64,000 nt of DNA from Phoronis australis (lineage: Eukaryota; Animalia; Phoronida): positions 52,105 through 116,104 of the forward strand of contig NMRA01000847.1 of NCBI GenBank assembly GCA_002633005.1, given 5' to 3'. The notes beneath the pieces are model-generated. The model made no database searches. It had not been told where the DNA came from and was given only the letters and a program-made list of their open reading frames with translations. Positions 35,995 to 49,996 of the stretch are shown piece by piece. The position numbers and the translations under genes are program-made. Within the stretch, counting starts at the first letter, position 1. Each line of letters opens with the position of its first letter.

Positions 35995-38009
35995 ACATAA
36001 CTTCCTTGTCCCAAGGTCAGCTGACTCATTCAGGTTAAACAAACGTCTCGTTACCTGAACATGACCCGCCACAAAAAGAAGCGCACAAAGCATGGCAAAA
36101 ACCCAGTCATACGTGTGGCGTGTTTATTTACCGTATCTGCCAGTACTTTGCGCCTTTTGTGAAGCTGGTGACTTCATTAGAGATTTAGGTAACTGAGTTC
36201 CGGTTCGACTAGCCAATGGCATTCAGTCAATGGCAAGTTCAACACAGCTTCTTATTGTTAAAAAACGGACGATCGCCGCACAAATGAAGAAGTTCATGTT
36301 AAATCAACGTTTCGTCTATTCGTTAAACATCATCAGGATATAAATTTAGGACAACAAGTGCCAACATACAGCTCAGATGACATCCATGAAGTGAAGTGAG
36401 AGATACAGTGTAGTCAGTAGCTGGTCATCCCTCATTACCATAGCTGCAGGGTCACTGAGCTCTGCATGTTGTTCAGAGAATCAGTAGCATACTGGTTCGG
36501 AAGGGCCAATGACTCTTTAATGTACAGTAATTCCTTATTAATTTCTCTGCAGATAACACTAGTTGAATTGTCTTGGTAATTGTTGCTAACACAATGCCTA
36601 TGTATGTTGCTTTTCTCTGAGGTGTCATGTTCTTTCAGCCTGTCACAGAACTGATTTAATTAGCTTCTCATTGGCTCATAGACACGTAGGCTAACCTGTT
36701 TGCAAATTAGTATTTTCAGGAACGCCCGTACAAGTTCTTGGAGCACAATCCGGTCCAAGCTTTTGCAATTCAAAACCTTTACTTTTGCTAATTTTTCTAG
36801 GCCCAAGATGATGCAACCGATAGTACATGAGCTTTTTACTGAGAATGGTGAAATGGACCGATTTACGTAGTCCGACAGAACCTTTTGAGTGCAGCCTTTC
36901 TGGCTTGCGATTGCTGCAACCGAAGAAAAAACTATGCATTACACATTGATTTAAGTTCACCTTTTTACTCATAAGATTAAACGCCATCTAACAAACCGAT
37001 TCACTATCCGTTTATGTTTCTAGCTCATGCTCGTACCATATGTATACGACCTTAGCAAACGTCCAAACCATGACATATGACTGAACTGATGCCTTTTTAC
37101 ACGGAATTCGGTGTGTGGTTTATCATCTCGAGGAGCCACAGCGATGATTCCATGTACATGTACTGTAAGTCGTGTTGTAACGTGGGGTACAATATATGAG
37201 CAGGTCATGCGGACGAAGTAATAACTTTCGCTAACCGCAAGTGCAAATTAATGACAGTATTGGCATTCAAGGTTGTGGTCGCGTACGTTTGATAGGAGTA
37301 ATGATTGTACAAGTTGACTGCAGAGTCGAATTTTCCACTTGCCGCGAAGGTTAAAAAGCAACAGTTTAGGTCCTTTATTGTATACGAAGTGATCCATCGC
37401 ACGTTGTGTTGATGGAGGCATATCGTGGACCGTTTGGCTAAAAGTACATGTATCTCCCGTAACTGCTCGAACTACGATCGACCGCATCAGACGAGTGCTC
37501 TTGTGCTTTACGATCGTAATGGTTCGTGAATTGCGATTTATTACATTCATGATTATGACCTGGCAAATTCTGTTCGTGTTTTTTACCGTAGTCGTCATAT
37601 TTGTTGATAGCAGTTCATAAATCATTCGCTACGCTGGCGCCACCGATCCCGCAAAGCACTATGGGTAGTATTTTGGAGTTCACTGTGTGACTACGGCGTA
37701 CTGGCAGACGACGGGTTATTGAACAAGCTAAATTTATTCGATGTTCTCGGGTTTCAAACATTTTTTCGAGATCGAGACGTACCATTTAGCGCACACAAAA
37801 AGCAAAAATTGGAGGTTGGTTCGACAGTCCAAAGGGCCATTATTCCGGAAAGTCGACTCATTGGCTCACAGTATTTACCGGTACCTTTTTCCCAACTTCG
37901 CGAGTTTATTGATTGGCAAGGAATAGAAGATTGCGATATCTAATATCTGAATGCCAGTTTGCTAACTAATTGAAAACTGTAGAAATCTTCACCTGACACT
38001 GCATTACAG

Positions 38010-39912
38010 CACCCCGGCCAACCCGCGAACAAGAACGCCCGGAAGGCGATCGAGTACGAAATTTGGAACCAGAAGCGACTGAGCCAGACAAGAGGAGTAA
38101 ATTTGATGAATTTTCGACACGAGTTCAAGGCTTAACATATTGAGGAAGGACAGGTAGAGGAGAAAATTTGGAGAAAAGTTACGTTAACCGCGGCATCGCA
38201 TGAGCCGAAGGTGATTTGTAGGTCATTTTGGCAAATTGAGGTTACTTTTGGCACTATATCACTAAACTGACCATGAAGTTATGAAGAAATGACGTGTGAA
38301 AATGTAACACAATGCTTGTTTTTCGTAGTTTTGTCAGTATCTCTGAATTATCGACACTTTTTCGTTGAAAGAAGCGATCGAAAACGCAATGATAAGCTAT
38401 CTGGAACGCAGTTTTGTGATTTGTTTATGCGATTGGGAACGCATCGTGGTGTGTCGAACAATAATGAAGTTTTACTTATAAAACGTGAAAAAGGTTTTAA
38501 AATAAGTGTGGTGCAATGAATTAATCACATTTTGCGTCATCACTGTGCTACTTCCGTATCCAAACTAAACAACAGCACAGCATATTACCATTAAATCGCC
38601 AAGAGCACTACATGTACATCAAGCATACTATTATATTTATACATGTAGATATTTTCACAAATTTTATTTTCATTTCAGGAAACAAGTTCACTGTTATTAT
38701 TCTGAGGCGAGATTCAGCGAACATGTTACCCACGACCCTACCAGGATTTTGAAATACAGACGTCTACTTTTAGACGAAACCACTGAGAACAAGGGGCTCT
38801 AAACTGAAGACTCGCCCAGCAGTTGTTTCATGTGGCGTGTCAGCCAGGGGTAGGCAAAACGTTGCTGCAGATGAAAGTGAGTGTCGAATCTTCTTGCAAA
38901 ATTGTGACAGCAAAAGGGAAAAATCAAATAGCCAGTGAAGTCACAGAATGATGATGAGCTTGCTCAAGAGGAGAGTGAGGAGTGCGGCAACACTATTCGC
39001 GAGATGATTCAAAGATTCCTGTTCGTGAACTTTTGGAATTTAAAAAAAAGCCTGAAATTGTGGAAACTGTTGTGCTGATAAAACGGCTGGGATTTTGTTT
39101 GATGCTTCACTGATAACATCGATACAGAGATTAATAGATTGACTTTTGGCACCCGTGTGGCTTGGATGTACGTTTTGTTTGACTCTTCGGTTTTGTAGTA
39201 TTGGTCCTAAGTTCACCGTGCACCTTCAGTTCATGATTTCCACTTTAATGTGACATCGAAAAAGAGTGAGGCAGTTATAATACACGTACTATATTGTGAT
39301 TTTCTCAAAACGTAGTCTACATATTTTTAACGTCACTTCAAGACACACCTATAGTGATTACACAGGGAATCAACAACAATATTATATCAATTCTATAATA
39401 ATATCAATCGTTTATCACACATACCTGGAAACTGGTCATACAAAAAGATATACAATATTGCTTTAAGGGAATCAACATTATAAACCCATTAAACATTTAC
39501 TACGAATTACTTTTGGAATGTATCAGACTAAATAATCGCTGAAGCATACACTGCATACAAAGTATTTTCGGACTGGTTGATATTATAAACGTCTTTCACA
39601 GGAAATCAACAACAATATAAAAAAATAATTTCTGCAATAATGATAGACATGTATTTCCTTTTAAATTATTAATTGGACAAAACAACTGTATTGCCCAATG
39701 ACACGTAGAATGATCATTTAAATCTATCTAAACACTCCAATAACGCACTGGTTCTGTTAAAGACCCTGTTGAAATAACACAAATATAGAAAGAAACTTGA
39801 GGGAAAAAGGTTCAAAACAAAAAGTCAAACTACTGATCACATCACAAAACTACCAACCCGCCGTGTAAATCTGAATTAGCTCTAGTGACTAAACAACCTT
39901 CACTACTGTACT
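38010..39912 (+). repeat. Segment A of a duplicated ~3-kb unit; inverted paralog at 46727-49000
   Basis: Colinear reverse-complement matches along the whole length, e.g. GTCATTTTGGCAAATTGAGGTTACTTTTGGCACTA at ~38222 versus ~48708-48743. Confidence 0.85.
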
Positions 39913-40878
39913 TGCGGCTGGTGGATGCACAAAAAAAAATAATTTTGACCGTTTTTTACATTTTTATGTCCTCCTAATCTTTAAATCTTGATGCACAGTA
40001 TAGTGAAGAAAAAAAATCATTTTGAAAATCCAAAGTTTTTTTAAAATTATATTTGACCAAACTTCAGTAAGTCATATGGCTTGACGGCTCACCAGCTCAG
40101 TGACTGACAAGTGGGGCGGAGCTAATGCAAGGACACTACATGTAGCTCTAATCTAATCCTGTCAACAAACATTGCGTAACCAGGTAATCGAGAGTACCAG
40201 CTGAAATAGATATTGTAGCGAGACCAAGAATAAAATAATTCTATTTTGACCATGTGAACATTGGTGGTGAAATGGTGAACTCCTGTTCCGAGACTGAGCC
40301 AGTTTGTCCATCTGCAAAAAATTAAGTTGAGCACGCCAAGTCCTACCGCCATCGCTGCACTCGGCTTGACTCAGGAGTCAGTGCAAAAATTGTGCGTGTG
40401 CAAGTGAAGTCGGAAAGGTGAGGTGTCTTGCGAGAGGACGCTGAGCGTCGACATGGGAGGTGTTGCACGATTCGAAGAGAGTGCACGCACGCGCTGCTGT
40501 GAAGACACGCCGCGTGCGAGAGACATGGACAACTACATGCCGTCAGAGTAGAGTTTTTGGAGATAAACCGTGCTTCCGTGCTAGGAACGCACCGTGGAGA
40601 AAGTAGGTTGCCAAACTCAATGGATTTTTGAACTTGCCGCCGGCTGTAACCTAAAGAATTAGAGAAATGACTCAATGTTCAACATAACAAAATTGTTCTA
40701 GTGCACAGATTCAAATGTATCCCTAAATTAATTAAAAACTCATGGTATTATTATTCAGTTTCAGTGGAAACTTTGGGAACTTGAGCATCTCACCCAAGCG
40801 ACGCCATTTGCTCAGAAAGTGCTATTTTCTTATCCCAAAGTCCATTCAGTCAAAATGTTGGCGTTACAGGCACGTGAA

Positions 40879-41496
40879 TATGGTGGGCCGTTGAGGGGAA
40901 AGTGTCGCCGTAAAATTACGCTCGTAATTACGAGCGTAAATTAAATTGCAGGATTTTCGCCGTACAATTACTCTCGTAAATTAAATGGGGAAAAGTTTCA
41001 CCGTAAAATTACGCTCGTAATTACGAGCGTAAAGTAAATTGCAATAGTGCTGCAATAATATTACGCTCGTAAATTAAATGGGGGAATTGTCGCCGTAAAT
41101 TACTCTCGTAAAATACCTTAAGAACGTTCCAAATTTAAACCAGTCAGTGTTGACCTAACATACACGACTGTTGCTAGGCAGCTCGTTCTTGTACAATCGC
41201 TGACATTGCAGCAGCGATTTGATCCGCCATGATTCAGTGCTCGTACCGTAGACATGTAACCCGTCAGTAGATAAGTATTTCCATGAGCACGCGCGACCGT
41301 GGATTGTAAAACCTAACGTCATTGGCTAAGAGTTTAAACTAAATTACAAGCGTAATTTTACGCCGTAAAGAATTAAATTACGCTCGTAATTTTACGGCGT
41401 AATTAACGGCGTAAATAACGCCGTAAATAACAGCGTAATATACATAATTACGCTCGTATTTTTCCGGCGACACTTTCCCCCCAACGGCCCATCATA
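40879..41496. mobile_element. MITE with ~32-bp TIRs, 6-bp TSD and TTACGCTCGTAA subterminal repeats
   Basis: TATGGTGGGCCGTTGAGGGGAAAGTGTCGCCG mirrored at 41465-41496; CGTGAA at 40873-40878 and 41497-41502. Confidence 0.8.
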
Positions 41497-43659
41497 CGTG
41501 AAAATGTTGAACCAATACGATGAAAGTAGTTCTTTATTCTCGTCTTCAATATTGTTATGTAGACAGTGTCGCGGCGAGTTGATATAACACACATATTGTT
41601 TGAAGAAGAGACGGCAACTACAAAATATTCACCCCAGCCAACCAGCGATCGAGAACGAGAGCTTACACCAAAAATGGCAGACGACCCGGTGAGTTTAAGT
41701 GTCATTTTCTTCTTAAATAGAGGCTACTTTGGTACCAATGCGACATACCGAAAAACGTTATAGTTTAGCCTTTGTTGTGGATCTGAAATAATACTTGGCT
41801 TTTTTCTATTTTTTGAAATAGAGACTGCAGAATGCAATGATTTTCGTAAAATGCCTTGCGTCTCGTAAATTCATCAATTTCTACTTGTTATTAGCAATTG
41901 CCGAGTTTTTTAGTTGACACGGGTGACGTGTGTAGTTAAATCGTCCCTGGTGACACCTTTGTTAGTCATAACTTGTTAAAACATTCGAGATATCTACCGA
42001 TACAAGCAGGTCCTTGTGTGAGATGGCGATCGGGAACGAAGCTGTTAATTCTCCACCGCGATCGTGAACGCACAGTTTTCTGTGCATTTTCCTGAATAAT
42101 TGTTCAAGTTACGGTGTTATATCAATAATTTTAGAATTATACGAGCATGAAATAGTTGACAGGTCGATTGTTTGTTATACTTTCACCGTTTTTCATGATT
42201 TCTGTGTGAGATTTAGCCTCACAAACATGATTAAATGCGTTTAATTTTTCAGTTGAAGACATCGCAACACACCACCAAGTCATTCGAAGTACAACGGTGC
42301 TGGAAGGAGGAAAGACGGCACTGACAGCACTCTGGTTGAAGCAGAAAAACCGACATTGCTTTAGGGTGAGTTTTAAGATATATTACATTTCAAAAAGCAT
42401 AGTTATAATTAGGTGTACCGTTTTTAGAAATTTTGGTGATTTTCGACAAAAATGGTAAATGTTTTGACAACGCAGAGTGACTATTTCTGTTTGACTCTGA
42501 AATTCTTTTAAGGTTGTCTTAACTTAAACACTTTTCTATGTGCTAAGGTGCTTTAAAACATAATAAAAACTGAGCCAATTTCATCCTAAGAAATAGACTT
42601 GAAATATTTCTCACTATGATAGCGGTTGGTTTCTATGTCACAAGGAACATGCATTGAATATTTATCTCTCAGCTATGTGTTGCAGCAAGTGGTATTATTA
42701 AAGGCCAAGGATCTTTAATTGAGTGATCAACTAAATGACCACAATAAGAATATTTGACATCGCACTATTGCTTATTAATGTGTTTTTAATGCTCTTTGGT
42801 GTATGTTATCCTAATCCTAAATTGTGTAATCTGCCTAAAAGATAGTTACAAAAAATCCTTTGACGTAATCTCCTGTCCATTGAACACCAAGGGCATGGCA
42901 CTTGACCTACCGTAAAAAAGTCTCCAGTTAAGTACACAAAATGGCAGACAGGTACAATTTAACGTCGGCATTGGCGAAAATAAACTAAATAACTCATAAG
43001 AACGTTTTACTTAATTGCTGTCAGCAATTGTTTACAGTGTACATGATAAAGATACACCAAAGTATTTTTGACAAAATATCAGCATTTTTAAGCTTTTGAA
43101 AATTTGATTAATGGTAATTTTGACAGTTATCATTTCTTTAAACTTCTGTTTTTAGAACTGACTGCTGTGCAAGAAAATGATAACATCAAGCATAGAAAGA
43201 GAAAAAGAATGATTGATAAGAAATACTGTGGACAGGAATGGTGGCAAAAAGACAGCGATTCTGATAAACGTTATATTTGTTTCTGTTGAACTTTGGAAAG
43301 GGACTGTGAGAGAAATTTTATTTCAAACCAATTGCCTTAAAGAAATGACATGACCGTATGAAGTTCATATTAAGTACTTCTCACCAGGGCAATAAAAGAT
43401 TGACCATGGATGTTTACTTTTCTTTCACTTTTCAGTTTTGTAAATTATGTTTAACACATTCTAGAGAATTATTTGCTCAATGCATTCATATTTTAATCTT
43501 GGCTGGTGCTTGTCATGTATATTTCTTTACCCGTCTTTTCTTTAGCATGTGTAAAACATAATAAGAACCCAACATAACATTTTGGCTTTGCCCAGTGGTA
43601 GATCATATTGTATTGACAATTTCCCTAATACTTACCTGGCACATGTCAAATGGTGTTCT

Positions 43660-44212
43660 GGTACCAGTTTTGTACCCAAAATGTATCTGGACAGCACCGT
43701 GACATCACAAGCTTAGTACCAACCCAGGACTGACCTGGTACCAGCACAAGGCACCAAACCGGTACTGGCCCCGGCACCGTTTGCACACACTATTTGCACC
43801 GGTCCGGTGCTGGACCGGGCACCAGACCATTACCGCCCCAGCACCAGACCGGTACATGTTAAAGACTACCAGATCAGTGCCTGCTAAACAGTACCGGCCC
43901 CATGGTGGTCTGGTAGCAGCATCGTACTGGTACTGGTTAGCAGGTACTGATCTGGTAGCATTTCATATTTACCGACCCGGTACCGGTCTGGTTCCCCCCC
44001 AGCACCGTACTGGTAATAGTTAGCTGGCACTGAACTGGTAGCATTTCACATGTACCGGCCTGGTGCTGGGCCAGTGCTGGCCTGGTGCCGTCTCAACACC
44101 TCACCGGTGCAAATAACGTGTGCAAAAGATACCGAGCCCGGTACTTGTTTGGTACCATGTGCCGGTACCGGACTGGGGCTGGCTTGGTACATGTACCATG
44201 ATGTTTACTGGG
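43660..44212. mobile_element. GGTACC/ACCGGT-rich MITE related to 35404-35994; left end not found
   Basis: Right end ATGTTTACTGGG matches the 35994 terminus; interior is quasi-palindromic. Confidence 0.55.
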
Positions 44213-44273
44213 ACTGTAGCCACATCAGGAGTCCTTCAGGGTGTTAACGATCGCCTTCAAAAAAGAGTATCAC

Positions 44274-46370
44274 CATAGGCGGATTTAGGGGAGGCCCAGG
44301 GGGCCCGGGGCCCCCCTTTGGTTGCCGCAAAAATTAAAACAGCAAGAGCGTAGGGAAATGTTGAGTTTACTAATTAAAACCGGTAATTAAAGTTATACGG
44401 GTGAAACAAGATTTAAATGTGTGCAGTTTTAGTGCTTTGGAGGGGGGGGGGGGCTCAGATCCAATTTCAAATGTTAAATTCGGAACACGGCGCATTCGTA
44501 ACGGAGCTATGGCTAAGTATAGGCTATCCCGCGATATCCCAGGCGACCGGCAGTGGCGCTGCGCACTACGACTCCTTTTCCGTCGTCTGCTCCATTGTGC
44601 AATGGAGAAAATTTACTTCATTTTTTAAAGAAAATGGAACCTGAGTGACGATGAAAAAACAGAAGCTGCTGGTAAGATTTGAATTTTAATCGAAGCCTTA
44701 GTGAATCACTCAGAAACTCATAATTCTCTCTTTCTCAAACCTTAACTTAAGACGATTTCCAAAGCAATCCCGTCATTATTGCCAACACGAAAAACGGATT
44801 TGGTCTTTTGGGCATTTGAAGACTATTTTAAATACAACAAATTTGTTAAGAACCGATTGCACAAAATATAAAACGTGTAATAAGCATTACAAAAAGAAGT
44901 ATGTTTCGCGCGCAAACGCTGTGGACCATAAAAAGTAGGTCTCTTGTTACAATATTAGTAGCTAAGTCGTGGTGCATTACCAACAATTCGTAAACTAGGT
45001 CATCGCTTATGGCCCAGTTAGCGCTTCACTCTCCGCGTGTCTACTGGAGAGAAGCACCAGGAAGGTTGTTCTACATTTTGTAGCCAAAAATTACCAAAGT
45101 TCAAATATATTCCGTTAAAAAGGAAAGACAAGACACATTATTACAGATGTCTGGCCAATATCATGAGTCACCACTCGTAAGCAAATCAAAGCTGTCCTTA
45201 CTCGTTGCCTTATCTCACGCACTACCTCAATCGACTAGTTTTCAGTTCGCAATGCAACAATACAATTCTCATAAAATCAACTTGTAAACCCCTTTCAATT
45301 TTGAACCATGCCGGAAGCACTCTGAAACAAATTATTGTTAGGTACAACGAGCTTTTTTTCTCTAAAGTGGATCGTAAACACCTCAGGTGAGTTTTCCGCA
45401 CATAGCTACTTTGGTAGAGCTGAATTTTAGCTCCCATGGATGGGCCGGGCCGGTCAAGGGCCAATTTCTGTTGTACGCACTACTTAGAGCATTGGAATTA
45501 AACTGTTATATATAGAGAAAACGGTTATTAGTATACTGGTGTGAATATTATCAGTGATTTAACCAAAATCTTCGAATTAACTAGACCCACTAATGATAGT
45601 CTATGATGATAAATTACTGATATTAAAAGGCCAAAATTGGCAATTTTCGGCCACCCCATGTTAAATACAAAAATTTGTCTAATTTTCTTCAAACTCTTAC
45701 ATTTCAATCTTGGTTATTCTGACATCTGTTGGGTCTATCGGCAACTAACCGCACATGAAAGGCTTGGTCAAAAATGATCGTTTTCTCACATGCACTTTCG
45801 GGTTTTTAGCGGCGATTCCACTGATCGAAGCGACAAAATAAGCCAAAACTTTGGCCATACCATGTTAAACATAATTTTTTTTCCAATTTTGCTGAAACTT
45901 GGCCACGTTTTTAACAAAATACTTATCTGTGTTATGTGCTATCGGCAAATGTGATTGATTCATAAATAAGACCCTCACCTGTGTTTTCTACGAATCCCAT
46001 GTATCCTGAAGGGGGCTAACTGAGTGATTTTCGCGCATGCGCAGTTCACGGCTTCAATATTGCTGGTAATGTGTAGTAGTAAAGCACGCGCGCTCTGTCC
46101 GCCAGGTTTCTAGTCTCTGGTACTTGAAGGTTTTCCTGTATGACACGTTCTCCGTGTTTTTTTGACTGTTTTTTTGGATAATACTTCAGGAACCAAAGAA
46201 AATGCTTGATTTTTAGAGGAAAAAACAGAAAAATTTCCTGGGCGGGAGGGGAGCCCCCCTCCCAACCTCCCCCCATTCGGTGCTATGCGCATCTACAATC
46301 GTGGTTTGAACAAATGCTTACAGCCGGACAAAATGTTGGCCCCCCTTGTGATATCCTAGATCCGTCACTG
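44274..46370. mobile_element. Non-autonomous hAT-like insertion with 5-bp TSD
   Basis: Ends CATAGGCGGATTTAGG / CCTAGATCCGTCACTG with ATCAC on both sides. The empty site in the paralog (~51505-51535) has the expected length. Confidence 0.7.
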
Positions 46371-46726
46371 ATCACAACTGCTGCATGTGACAATGGGCTG
46401 TGCATGCATATATATTGTGGAGCTTAATTTGTTCAGGAAGAAACCTTTTTGTACATGTATAACCACACGACAATAAAACACAGCGACACTCGGCCGCAAG
46501 CAAGACATTTACCAGCCCCGTGATGCATGGAGCAAGATTTTTTACCGCATAAGAAAACACAATATGAAGCATGGTGTTCAGGAACCAAGTTGATTCAGTG
46601 CCCTGTCTGCGATCAATATTTCACGGAAAGAGTAAGCCTGAGGACACTTCTTGTTGTGAATGTGTCATGCAGAGTATGACTACTTATACAAGCATGAGAA
46701 GCAGAATGGCCACGAATAAAATTATT

Positions 46727-49000
46727 CAGTCCAGAAGTGAAAGTTTTAAAGTCTCGAAACTTTGTTCAGATTAACAGAGTTTATGGTTGGTAGTTGTCTG
46801 ATGTGATAGTATTGTGACGTTTTGTTTTGAACCTTTTTCCTATTTGTGTTATTTCAACAGCATCTTTAACAGAACCAGTGCATTTTTGTAGTAGTGTTTG
46901 GGTACATTTAAATGGCCACACCATGAGTCATTGGGTGATACTTACATACAATTGTTATGACCAATTAATATTTTAAAAGAAAACTATATGTCTGCCATAA
47001 CTGTAGAAATTGTTTTCATATTGTTGTTGATTCCGTGTGAGAGAATTCTATACTACGAACCGATCAGAAATAGATTGTCTATGATTCAGTGATGATTTAG
47101 CCTAATATATTCCCAAAATAATTTGCAGGAAATGTACACTGGATTTGTAATGCTGATTTCCCTAAAGCAATGTTTTATGTATTTTTTTCTGTATGACCAA
47201 TTTTGAGGTATGTGTGATAAAAGATTAACTATTATAGAATTGCTTTAATATTGTTGTTGATTTCCTGTGTAATCACTACATTGTGTCTTGAAGTGATGTT
47301 AAAGACAACATTTTACCTACGTTTTTGAGAAACTCACAATATAGCACAACATAGTAGCTGCATTATATCTCGCCTCACTCTTTTTCACTGTCACATTAAA
47401 CTGGAGATCATGAACTGAAGATGCACTCAGAACCAATACTACTAAACAGAAGAGTCAAACAGTTGTTGTACATGTATATCCAAGCCACACAAGTACCACA
47501 AGTCAATCTGTTCATCCCTGTATCAAAAATATCAGCAAAACATCCAACAAAATATCACCCCTTTTATCAGCAAAACAGTTAACACCATTTCTGGCAATTT
47601 TTAAAATCCCAGACGTTCATGAGCGGTAATCTTTGAATCACCTCACGAATGGTGTTTCCGCACTGGCTTCTCGCTCCCCACAGGCAGGCTTATCATCATT
47701 CGTTGTCTTCACTGGCGTGTTTGTTATTTTTTTCTTTGGCTGTTAGAATCTTGCAAGAAGATTCGAAACCAGGGGCGTATCCAGGATTTTGAGTAGGGGG
47801 GCATGGCACAGGAATAGTCAGAACATCGCCACATGCACACGCCCAGCCTAACATTTAGAGATGCAGGGGCCTCAAATTTTTGGGTTTGTCGACCATATTA
47901 CTAAATAAGGTAAACAGGTTTATTCAAGGCCTATGAATTGTGCATTAGCCCCTCGAGCCCCCTTGGGGGCGCGCATATGCCAGTCGGCAATTCGCACCCC
48001 GGATTGCCAAATGGTATCTTTGAGAAGTTTAAGGGGGTCATGGCAACCTTGGCACCCCCACCCTCCTCCTAAATCCGCCACTGCTTTCAGCTGCATCAAC
48101 AATTTGTGTACTCCTGGCTCAGTAGACGCCACATGGAATAATTGCTGGGTGAGTCTTTTGTTCCCCTTGGTTTCGTCTAAAAGTATTTGTCTGTGTTTTA
48201 AAACCCTCGTAGTGTGTACTTTCAGGTCCTGATTAATCGATCTTTTCGTTGAAGCTCGCGTCTAAATAATATCAGAGCACTTCATTCCTGAAATGAAAAT
48301 AAATTCATTTGTGAAAATATCTATAATTAAAATAGGGTTTGACTGGATGAACATGTAGTCACTCATGGGGATATAACGGTAATGCTATGATATTGTTTAG
48401 TTTGGATACAAATGTAACAGAGTAATGACACAGAATGTAAATAATTGATTGCACCTCTCTTATTTTGTAACCCTATTCACGTTTTATGAGTAAAAAGTCC
48501 ATGACTGTTCAGCACACCACGATGGGTTCTCGATCGCATAAACAAACAAAAAAATGCGTTTCCGATCGCTTATCTTTGCGTTCTCGATCGCATCTTTCAA
48601 CAGAAAAGTGTCGAAAAATCAGAGATCCTGACAAAACTACGAAAAACAAGCGTTGTGTTATATTTTCACAAGTCATTCATTCATAATGTCATGGTAAATT
48701 TATTGATTTAGTGCCAAAAGTAACCTCAATTTGCCAAAATGACATACGAATCATCTTTGACTCAACCCATGCCTCGTTCAACATAACTTATCTCCAATAA
48801 GCGGAATAGACACTAGCCTAAACCTCTACCTGCCCTTTCTCAATGTGTTATGCCTTGAACTCATGTCTCTGTTTTCAGATTAGAAGTAAAAACAACGTAA
48901 GTTCATCAAATTTACTCACCTTGCCTGGCTTCGCTTCTCTCAACAGTTTTCGTTCCCAATCGATTTCCGGTCGTTCTCGATCGCGGTCTGGCCGCGGTGA
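46727..49000 (-). repeat. Inverted copy of segment A
   Basis: See 38010-39912. Retains donor AAG|gtgagt (~48919) and acceptor ttttcatttcag (~48288). Confidence 0.85.
47770..48083. mobile_element. Small hAT-like MITE inserted in the inverted A copy
   Basis: Ends CAGGGGCGTATCCAGG / CCTAAATCCGCCACTG; absent from paralog A at ~38875. No clean TSD. Confidence 0.6.
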
Positions 49001-49704
49001 TATTGGAATACTAACAAATAGGTGTATGTAATATAGTTAGATAGTGTTTTACCACACTGAGTGCAGAGTTGAGATAAATCGCATAAACAATGAACACATG
49101 CTTTTAATGATGTGTGGTCGGCACACCAGAACAGCAGACAATAGATCAACGCTAAGCTCCGCCCACGTGAGAGCCATATTGTTTTGGTCGTCTGTTATGC
49201 TTCACAAGTTCGCAAAAATGATTAAAATTACGCTATAAACAAACAGATATGTCACATTTTCCAAACATAAAGTAAACATCATCTTTATTTCTAATACATT
49301 AACAAAAAATGGAACATAATTCTGAACGAATTTTGACCTCAATTGGCAATCGATGCCCGCTTGAATTTAAAGGCGAAGGCAACCTTTTTCCATGTCATTT
49401 TGAGCTAAAATAAGGTTGGTTGGTTATCCTAGACATATGTTTCACTTAATTACAGCTTTTCGTAATTTTATTAATTATTCGTCCGCTTTTCCGGAAGTGA
49501 CGTTTTAGGAGGCAAGCGCTTCCCGCCACTTGGTTTTGCGTTGAGCTTACTGTGCGAATCTGTTCTATTCTACTTTTGTTTTGTGCTATTTTTCACCAAT
49601 TGTCGCCACCACTTTCCATCGGCGAGTATTCTGCGGCAAGATAGGTTAGTAGAGAACTCAACTGCGTTGGATTTAGGGATTGTTTAGTGTGTTGTAAGCT
49701 GAAA

Positions 49705-49996
49705 ATGGCTGGAGTCGGTGACCCGTATCACAGTGACAGTAGTGTGAGTGACGGAGACCTTGTTCACAGCAGTGGTGACGAGGAATTTTTTCACGGACAT
49801 TCAGTGGGTGGGTACATGTTTGAGCCCGAGTACAACGAGGCAGAGTACACACAGGCACAGGCAGCTGTTGAGAGAAACGAGGCGGCTACTGAAGACAGAC
49901 GTGGTGACACATCTTGGTGCAAATGCACTGTGTGCGTTGTTATGCCTACCTCAATTGAATGCTTGTGCTGTTCCGAGTTCCACATCAATTATCTTT
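49705..49996 (+). CDS. KolX / P2X7-ballast-like protein, N-terminal part running into the gap
   Basis: Uninterrupted MAGVGDPY...GYMFEPEY...RRGDTSWCKCTVCVVMPTSIECLCCSE, with the family motifs Y-x-FEP and WC-x-C-x2-C-x2-M-x4-EC-x-CC-x-E. Confidence 0.8.

Larger units (their letters stand above)
41620..46725 (+). repeat. Segment B of the duplicated unit, expanded by extra sequence at ~42260-44212 and 44274-46370; inverted paralog at 51241-52145
   Basis: 41700-42260, 44214-44273 and 46371-46725 match contiguous sequence at 52145-51241 in reverse complement. Confidence 0.8.

Noticed and set aside
36691-36987. ORF with GCSNR resembling a THAP start
   Set aside because: The first Cys, the FP..W motif and the CxxHF motif are missing; too weak to call.
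40900-41460. Short repeats with spacers, superficially CRISPR-like
   Set aside because: The repeats are ~12 bp, irregularly spaced, in both orientations and enclosed by TIRs and a TSD; there are no cas genes and the context is eukaryotic.
41674-43289. Possible small coding gene MADDP|...|ELTAVQEND...FC*
   Set aside because: Exon phases are incompatible (the phase-0 join hits a stop) and the paralog B' lacks these exons.
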